From Chiloscyllium plagiosum (taxonomy: Eukaryota), in contig NC_057720.1 in the NCBI RefSeq assembly GCF_004010195.1, positions 26,717,154-26,737,153 of the forward strand: DNA of 20,000 nucleotides, written 5' to 3'. Below are positions 11,251 through 20,000 of the stretch, one piece after another (the first letter of the stretch is position 1; the number at the start of each line of letters is the position of its first letter). Both the position numbers and the translations under genes were made by a program. Under the pieces are notes generated by a model. That model did no database searches. It was not told the DNA's origin and saw only the letters and a list, made by a program, of their open reading frames with translations.

Positions 11251-11473
11251 AGAAACAGAGAAAGGTAGAAGCTAGGAGCAGGAGTAGGTCATGCAGCTCT
11301 TAAAGCCTGCTCCACCATTCCAAATGAAGGTGGCTGATCATCCAACTCCCTCCCCATTCCAATTTTCTCCCCATACCCTTTGTCCCATTAGCCTTATGAA
11401 CTTTATGTAACTCTCTCTTGAAAATATTCAATGTTTTGTTTCAACTGCTTTCTGTGGCAAAGAATCCCACTGG
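11251..11473 (-). mobile_element. CR1-type 3' fragment nested in the older CR1
   Basis: taggagcaggagtaggtcat...agcctgctccaccattc...ggctgatcatccaactc...caactgctttctgtggcaaagaatcccac. Confidence 0.7.
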
Positions 11474-11644
11474 CTTTTTGTTTTCCTAATTGCTTCAGTA
11501 GCAGCATGCTAACTTTCAGTGCTCCTGGTCCATGTGCATGCACATTCCTCTGACCATTGTTTGGAAATATCAGTGATGGCAGACAATCTTCCAACCTGTC
11601 AAACCTGACAAGCGACAGTTTAGTGCAACTGCACTCCTAAGGTC

Positions 11645-11779
11645 TCACAGAACAGTATAGCACTGGAACAGGAATTCAACCAGCCAGAATGCCATTCTAA
11701 ATTTCTCCTATCTGCCTGCACATGGCCCATATCCCTCTATTCTTGGCCTGTTCATGTGTCTGTCCCAATGCCTCTTAAA
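11645..11779 (-). mobile_element. CR1-type 3' UTR remnant
   Basis: tatagcactggaacagg...ctgcctgcacatggcccatatccctctattc...tgcctcttaaa is similar to 17877-18010. Confidence 0.55.
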
Positions 11780-11914
11780 GAGCTGGATGTAAGTGGAGCA
11801 TGCTGAGATATGCTTGGATTTGTGTTGCCATTCAAGCTTATGTAATTTTTAAAATAACATCCAAGAACTGGATACATTTGCAAAGTATCTCCAGGATTTT
11901 GCAGAGGAGGAGAT

Positions 11915-12030
11915 GATAGCAGAGCAGTAATAGTACTGGACAGGTAACCAATGGACTCAGGCTAACATTCCAGTGAAATTAGTTCAAATGTCCCAATGGT
12001 AGCTAGTGGAATTTTAATTCATTCAATAAA
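11915..12030 (+). mobile_element. Decayed tRNA-derived SINE 5' fragment
   Basis: Homologous to 17625-17745 (gactcaggctaacattc...agttcaaat...ggaattttaattcattcaataaa). Confidence 0.5.
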
Positions 12031-12040
12031 GTAAAGTCAC

Positions 12041-12210
12041 CTTGGTTCCAGAGGGACAGAGTACTGCTCTACCTTTAAAGAGAGACGACTGGTGGTGTTT
12101 TAACTTGAGGGTTATCGCGTCTCAGGCAAGGTCCAAGGTTGAGAAAATGGGAATCTCAGCTGGTGCAGGAATTGAACTCATGCTGTTGGCATCACAAGCC
12201 AGCCAACCTA
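12041..12210 (-). mobile_element. tRNA-derived SINE of a different family
   Basis: The minus strand has a B-box-like GAGTTCAATTCC (12168-12179) followed by a body resembling a common chondrichthyan interspersed repeat (recognised from memory, not searched). Confidence 0.5.
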
Positions 12211-13962
12211 ATCATGTAGCTCATAACCCTTCTACTCTGCCTGTACTTTTCATGATTGTGAATACTCCTGTCAACCTTCTCTTCTGTAAGAAAAACATGG
12301 TCTCCATTCTATCCAGGTAACTGGACCCCTTCAATTCTGAATCCAACTAATGTGTTGTATCTTCTGACAGTACACCACCAAGTGAGCTGAACCTCGAACT
12401 GCTGTTTACACTGGTACCACACATTCCACCAGCTTTTGTCCAAAACATTGTTGCAAGAAAAGGGCAAATGTTCTCCAAGAATAAAACACTAGCTTACATT
12501 TTTACAGTGCTGTTCACTCCCTGAGGACATCCCAATAAAGTGATACAAATTTGATCAAGTGTGGGACATTGGACACTCAATTTATTGCTTTTTGCCCTGT
12601 TTTCTGCCCAGAAACATGTGCAATGAACACCAATTCTTGTCATTCTGGTCTAATTTCTGCTTAATGTTATTACAGTTGTCATATTTTCACAAGTTTGGAA
12701 ATATGCAGCTATTGGAATGCTAACAGTTCATCGTTAAGTTGGAATATATCAGTTATTGCACTGTCTAACTTATAATGCATCTGAAAGATTTGAACGGTCA
12801 TTTTTTATTCCAAGTTCTGTCAAATTGGAAAAGAAGTGAAAATTCATTGGCATAGTGGATTTGAAATATGGCGACGTGGCGCACTAACTAAATGAATGTG
12901 ATCTGACTCCACATAATTGACTAAATTGCATCTTCAGTTTACTTATAGGAATAGTTACTATTGTGCTAAATCCATAGCAGAGCATATGACACCAAAGCTA
13001 AATATGCCCTTACTGCCTAAAGTGCTGTATTTCACACACTGATAATGGGCTGTTCCAAGTATATGATCCTTTATGCTGGGAATTTCTTCATAATGTGAGC
13101 TTTAATGAGTTTTATACATGTTATTGATTCTGAAGTCAGTATAGCCATAGTTATAAAAGCATGAATTAACCGCTTAAGTGCTACAGAGTGTTTTGCTACA
13201 GCTGGTGGGACCATTAAGGTTACTTATCAAGCACAGTACTTGAATGTGAATTTCTCATCACACATTAGCCTTGTTACATTTCAAAAATCTAGACTTTCAG
13301 CTGGGCTTTAAAAAAACCTGCAACCAGTCTTTACCCAGTGCAACTCTCTTTTTAAAGAGTTGCTCCAATCTTCCATGCAGCCATTGGAGTATGGGAGAGT
13401 AGAATAAAATTACATTAAGAATTTTAATCAAAAATTTTTGTAAAGGAGTAAGTTATTTAAAAGGCTGTAGAAAAGTACATTATTTAAAAGGCTAAAGTTT
13501 GTTGATTTTAAAGGGCGATGGGCATGATTTTCTTGTAGTCTATTTTATCAACTGATAATTAGAATGCTACAGAACTGTATGTTTACAATGCATCGCCCAT
13601 GGTGCTCCTTTAACACTTTGCAATCAGCTACAAGTCATTTAGTCAATATAAATTACAAATGGTTAATTTAGTCTGCTGCAGAATTCACAGCATTTTATGG
13701 ATAAGGACAAAAGGATAAACACAGTAATTTACTCACAAGGTTTTCTAATTCATAATTTCCAGTCTTTATGTGATTGGCAACCAACATTAACACTATTACC
13801 AGAATGGTTTGAAGTTGGTTTAACAGAAGTTTAAATTAAGCGGAATAATAGGTAAATGGGGGTAGCAATGTCAGAAAATGCTTTGATTATTACATCGCTT
13901 CCAGAACTGATAATAATAATAACGAGTAAATACCATTTGCATTAAAACAGGTACAGTGGACT

Positions 13963-14065
13963 GAATCATAGAATCACAGAATCAGAGAATCCCTACAGTG
14001 TGGAAACAGGCCTTTCGGCATAACAAGTCCACACTCACCCTCCGAAGAGTAACCCACTCAGACTC
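13963..14065 (-). mobile_element. 3' tail of an HE1/V-SINE-like element with terminal 8-bp repeats
   Basis: + strand GAATCATA GAATCACA GAATCAGA GAATC, then cctacagtgtggaaacaggcctttcggcataacaagtccacactcaccctccgaagagtaaccc. Homologous to the SINE end at 3691-3750 and to CR1 3' ends (ccgaagggtctgtttcc). Confidence 0.85.
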
Positions 14066-14141
14066 TCAGGGCATTCCAGCAGAAAACAGGAAAAGCTCAC
14101 CGACTCTCCCCCCGCACCCACTGTCAGAACAGACAGGAGAT

Positions 14142-15385
<1,244 letters not shown>

Positions 15386-15970
15386 TCAGGTAGATTATAG
15401 CAAATAATTCTAATTACAAACTAATGGGAAAACACAATTTTAAATCTGTGTCACATCACAACACTTTGAAATCTAGCAATTAGTTATAGCAAGTAATATA
15501 TTTCTACCAATCAAATCAAACTGAACAGACCCAGTGATGCAGATGTTATATAGTTATTTAATGGCTTCAAAACTGCAGCTGTAAATGTCATGGGTTTACT
15601 AGCAAAAGATCAATGGCTTTGGGAACCTTCAATTGAAATAAAGAATTCTTTGAATAGATTGCAGCAGTGAAGTTAAATGTTGCAAAACATTAAGAATTGT
15701 TTCACATCCCAATTAAGTTAAATCGAACTGGATCTTTGATTCTGCATGAATTTTAAGAATCATGAATCATCTGACAGATTCTGAAGTTGCAAGCTCCCAG
15801 CTAACACAGAAGTGGAGTTGGAGATCACTGACTGTGCTGTCAACATTTACCTCAATCTGTTGAAATACCAAAACGTAAGTGAATATGGCAGTTATATATG
15901 CCACATGCACTCTGGTAAGTTCTGGGGCTCATTGTATTATCATTCTTATTTCTAACATCTGGTTTAAGAT

Positions 15971-16752
15971 GTAGGGGCAAATTACTGCAGATGTTGGAAT
16001 CCGTGCTGAAAACAACAAATTCTGGAGATCACAGCGAGTCAGGCAGCATTTGTGGAGAGAGAGCAAGCTAACATTTCACGTCTAGATGGCTCTTCATCAG
16101 CACTGAAGTGAACTGTGGAGGGGGCAGTAGTTGGGGATGATGGGCGCAGTGGTAGGTGTAGAGTGCTGGTGGAGAAAAGATGTTGATAATTCAGATTAAG
16201 TGATCGGAATATGAAAATGGCAGAACAATGGTGTGTCTATCTGCCAGACGAGAAAGAGAAGACAGTACCATCAGGGTGGGAGGAGGGCAGAGAGGACATG
16301 GTGACAGATAATGTAACAAGTAAAGCTAAAAGAGAGGGAAGGAGTGGGAGTTGGCTCACAATTTGAAGGTGTTGAACTCAGTATTAAGTCCATAAGGCTG
16401 TAAGGTGTTTGGTCTGAAGATGAGATGTTGTTCCTCCAGCTTATGATGTAATTCACTGGAACACTGCAGTATGCCGAGGACAGACAAGTGGGTGTGTGAG
16501 CAGGACGCTGTGTTAAAATGGACTGGCTACAGGAAGGTCAGGGTCATGCTTGCACATGGATTGGAGGTGTTCTGCAAAATGGTTGTCCAGTATGCGTTTG
16601 GTTTTTCCAATGTAGAGTAGGCCACATTGGGTGTAGCGAATACAGTACACAAGATTGGCGGAGGTACAGGTGAAATGCTGCTTCACCTGGATAAACTGTT
16701 TAGGCCCTTGGATGGTGAGCAGGGAGGAGGCAATGGAACGGGTGTTGCACCT
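15971..16752 (-). mobile_element. 5'-truncated Penelope-like element: GIY-YIG endonuclease remnant, 3' UTR and terminal repeat
   Basis: Minus translation 16752-16356: RCNT...IQGPKQFIQVKQHFTCTSANLVYCIRYTQCGLLYIGKTKRILDNHFAEH...(frameshift)...KLEEQHLIFRPNTLQPYGLNTEFNTFKL*. Decayed core CTGATGA...GAAATGTT at 16100-16070; terminus ttccaacatctgcagtaatttgc. Confidence 0.9.
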
Positions 16753-17624
16753 TTGTTCTTAGGCTGGCATCTGTCCCTTCAATCTCCTGCTTCAAATAAT
16801 GATAGCATAGTGGAGGTATTGGATTTGTTTTGTATTATTTTATGCCTATAAGCAGAGAGAATCTGGATATTAATTGAATAGCACCCTCACTATATTAATG
16901 AACAGCATGAGATTGATGATAGGAACCTAAATTTTGAAAAGACCATCACCATATGAACATAGCATTTCCTTTTGGAATGCTGCTAATTGTACATAGCCAA
17001 AATGGGTAATACTAAACTACCCTTTTTACACTTGTTCAATAGATTAATACACAATCAGCTGACTCATTCAACAAATACTACCAACGGTAATGTGGAACAG
17101 TTTGGGAGTAAAGAGATTTGAGATTGTTGTATCTTCACTGCCACCAGCAGTTTTTCCTATAGTCACTGATGTCGAAAAGTAATGCAGATAGGAATCATCA
17201 TTAGTATCACTACAGGTGTTAGGGTTACAGCTGCTCCATTTGACAGTCTGGCTGCCTGCACTGTTCAGAAGCTAATTCCCACTGCTATGTATATTCAGTC
17301 ATAATAGTGGAACCATGGTAGCTAGTTTATGACAATGTGAAAGAACATTGCAGAAGGTCCTCCAAGTACAAACAGCACATTTACTACATTTTCACATACA
17401 GTCAGGAACTCATGTGTACCACAGACCAAAAGAGGAACTGTCCTCACTCCATTTTCTAATTCACATTCTTCTGAGGGACCTACCAATGTTGATATCATTT
17501 TTTTGTATAAAGTCATAGTTAAGCAGAAAGGACGGGGAGTGAGCCAACTGGCAAACTCTGTAACACCCACAACCATATCTATAAAGGAATTTGGTTAGCA
17601 TGTTCCAATAAATGGCCAAGTGAA

Positions 17625-17745
17625 CCAGAGACCCAGGTAATACTCTGGAATCTGAGGTTCGAATCCCATCACTGCAGATGGTAGAATTTGAATTCAATAA
17701 GAAATATGGAATTAAAAATCTAATGATGACCATGAAATCTTTGTC
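17625..17745 (+). mobile_element. tRNA-derived SINE fragment
   Basis: B box GGTTCGAATCCC followed by gcagatggtagaatttgaattcaataa...ctaatgatgaccatgaaa; paralogous to 11915-12030. Confidence 0.7.
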
Positions 17746-17851
17746 ACAATGCTGTTCACAATGTGGTTTCCTCAATGCTGGGAAATTAAATCACAGACAG
17801 AGTGATTATCAGAACACTCACACTCTGTCCACAAAAATGACAGGAAGGTGT

Positions 17852-19604
17852 GTCATACAGTCACAGTCATTGAGACATACAGCACTGAAACAGACCTTCC
17901 GGTCCAACTTGTCCATGCCAACCGGAAATCCCAACCCAATCTGGTCCTGCCTGCCAGCACCCGGCCCATATCCCTCCCTATTCATATACCCATCCAGATA
18001 CCTTTTAAATGTTGCAATTGTACTAGCCTCCACCACTTTCTCTGACAACTCATTCCATACACGTACCACCCTCTGTGTGAAAAAGTTGTTCCTTAGGTGT
18101 CTTTTATATCTTTTCCCTCTCACCCTAAACCTATGCCCTCTAGTTCTGGACTCTCCCACCCCAGGGAAGAGACTTTGTCTATTTACCCTATCCATGCCCC
18201 TCATAATTTTGTAAACCTCAATAAGGTCACCCCTCAGCCTCTGACGCTCCAGGGAAAACAGCCCTAGCTCATTCAACCTCTCCCTATTGCTCAAATTCTC
18301 CAACCCTGGCAACATCCTTGTCAATCTTTTCTGAACCTTTTCAAGTTTCACAACATCCTTCTGATAGGAAGAAGAGCAGAATTGCATGCAATATTCCAAA
18401 ATTGACCTAATCAAGGTCCTGTACAGCTGCAACATGACCTCCCAACTCCTGTACTCAAAACCCTGACCAATAAAAGAAAGCATATCAAACGCCTTCTTAA
18501 CTATCTGATCTACCTGTGACTCCACTTTCAAGGAGCTATGAACCTGCACTCCAAGGTCTCTTTGTTCAGCAACACTCCCTAGGACCTTACTATTAAGTGT
18601 ATAGGTTCTGCTAAGATTTGCTTTCACAAAATGCAGCACCATGTATTTATCTAAATTAAACTCCATCTGCTACTTCTCAACTCATTGGTTCATCTGATAA
18701 ATATCCTGTTGTAATCTGAGATAAATCATCCTTGCTGTCCACTACACCTCCAAATTTAGTGTCATCTGCAAACTTATTAACTATACATCTCATGCTCACA
18801 TCCAAATTATTTATATAAATGACGCAAAGTAGTGAACCCAGCACGGATCCTTGTGGCACTCCACTGGTCACAGGCCTCCAATCTGTAAAACAACCCTCTG
18901 CCATCATTGTCTGTCTTCTACTCTTGAGCCAGTTCTGGATCCAAATGGCTAGTTCTCCCTGTATTCCATGAGATCGAACCTTGCTAACCATTCTCCCATG
19001 GGGAACCTTGTCGAACACCTTACTGAAGTTCATATAGATCACGTCTACAACTCTGCCCTCATCAATCCTCTTTGTTATTTCTTGAAAAAACTCAATCAAG
19101 TTTGTGAGACATGATTTCCCACACATAAAGCCACATGGACTATCCGTAATCAGTCCTTGTCTTTCCAAATGCATGTAAATCCTGTCCCTCAGGATACCCT
19201 CCAACAACTTGCCCACCAGTGACGTCAAGCTCACTGGTCTATAGTTCCCTGGCTTGTCCTTAATAATCTTCTTAAAAAGTGGCATCACGTTAGCCAACCT
19301 CCAGCCTTCTGGCACCTCACCTGTGAATATTGATGAGGGCCCAGCAATCACTTCCCTAGCTTCCCACAGAGTTCTAGGGTACACCTGATCAGGTCCTGGG
19401 GACTTTATCCACTTTTATGTGTTTCAAGACATACAGCACTTCCTCCTCTGTAATCTGGACATTTTTCAAGATGTCACCATCTATTTCCCTATATTCTATA
19501 TCTTTCATGTCCTTTTCCACAGTAAACATTGTTGCAAAATACTCGTTTAGTATCTCCCATATCACCTGCGACTCCACACAAACGCCACCTTGCTAATCTT
19601 TGAG
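17852..19604 (-). mobile_element. CR1 LINE ORF2 (reverse transcriptase) and 3' UTR, frameshifted
   Basis: Three consecutive ORF pieces with PGNYRPVSLTS, KSCLTNLIEFF, FDKVPHG, SGVPQGSVLG, KFADDTK and RLRGDLIEVYKIM; 3' terminal short repeats at 17852-17870. Confidence 0.96.
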
Positions 19605-20000
19605 CAACCTTCGCATAAACCAAATCATCCGCCGACATTTCCGCCACCTTCAAACAGACCCCACCACCAGGGATATATTTCCCTCCCCACCCCTCTCCGC
19701 CTTCCGCAAAGACCGTTCCCTCCGTGACTACCTGGTCAGGTCCACGCCCCCCTACGACCCACCCTCCCACCCTGGCACTTTCCCCTGCCACCGCAGGAAC
19801 TGTAAAACCAGCGCCCACACCTCCTCCCTCACCTCTATCCAAGGCCCCAAAGGAGCTTTCCACATCCATCAAAGTTTTACCTACACATCCACTCATATCA
19901 TTTATTGTATCCGTTGCTCCCGATGCGGTCTCCTCTACATTGGGGAGACTGGGCGCATCCTAGCAGAGCGCTTTAGGGAACACCTCCGAGACACCCGCAC
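19605..20000 (+). mobile_element. Penelope-like element ORF fragment (linker and GIY-YIG endonuclease), running off the window
   Basis: Stop-free frame from 19606: NLRINQIIRRHFRHLQTDPTTRDIFPSPPLSAFRKDRSLRDYLVRS...GTFPCHRRNCKT...IQGPKG...IIYCIRCSRCGLLYIGETGRILAERFREHLRD. Not in the ORF track because it lacks a stop within the window. Confidence 0.92.

Larger units (their letters stand above)
9946..11530 (-). mobile_element. Old CR1-type LINE fragment split by two nested insertions
   Basis: 3' end near 9946 (aagaacataag...ggagcaagagtag). The sequence accctatcaaatctctcagaatctt continues after 11010 as gaattttgtatgtttcaatgagat. The minus frame gives LEFIRMRNYLIETYKI. It continues again after 11474. 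Confidence 0.6.

Noticed and set aside
13453..13493. 14-bp direct repeat TTATTTAAAAGGCT
   Set aside because: This is a short AT-rich local duplication with no further structure.
15778..15881. Possible exon bounded by CAG and GTAAGT
   Set aside because: There are stops in all three frames and the acceptor is weak.
19489..19963. ORFs 19489-19896 (-) and 19724-19963 (+)
   Set aside because: These are alternative-frame shadows of the Penelope GIY-YIG frame.

Overview
Eukaryotic, repeat-rich, non-coding DNA. The repeat families suggest a cartilaginous fish (shark), which is an inference. I found no intact host gene. The window holds several CR1-type LINE fragments (RT motifs GVPQGSVLG/FADD), tRNA-derived SINEs including a near full-length HE1/V-SINE-like copy, a decayed Ty3/Gypsy gag-like remnant and at least six pieces of Penelope-like elements (PLEs): three GIY-YIG endonuclease fragments and several terminal repeats carrying minimal type I hammerhead ribozyme cores. 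Two structures stand out. (1) Two short (~200-230 bp) head-to-head palindromic insertions are made only of the PLE terminal repeat and are each flanked by a 15-bp target-site duplication. The younger is a perfect 93-bp-arm hairpin with a hammerhead core on both strands. (2) A start-less, stop-disrupted array of 13 nearly identical C2H2 zinc fingers (84-bp period) has its 3' end fused to a SINE/CR1-type 3' tail with octamer repeats. It may be a zinc-finger cassette mobilised by CR1 machinery.
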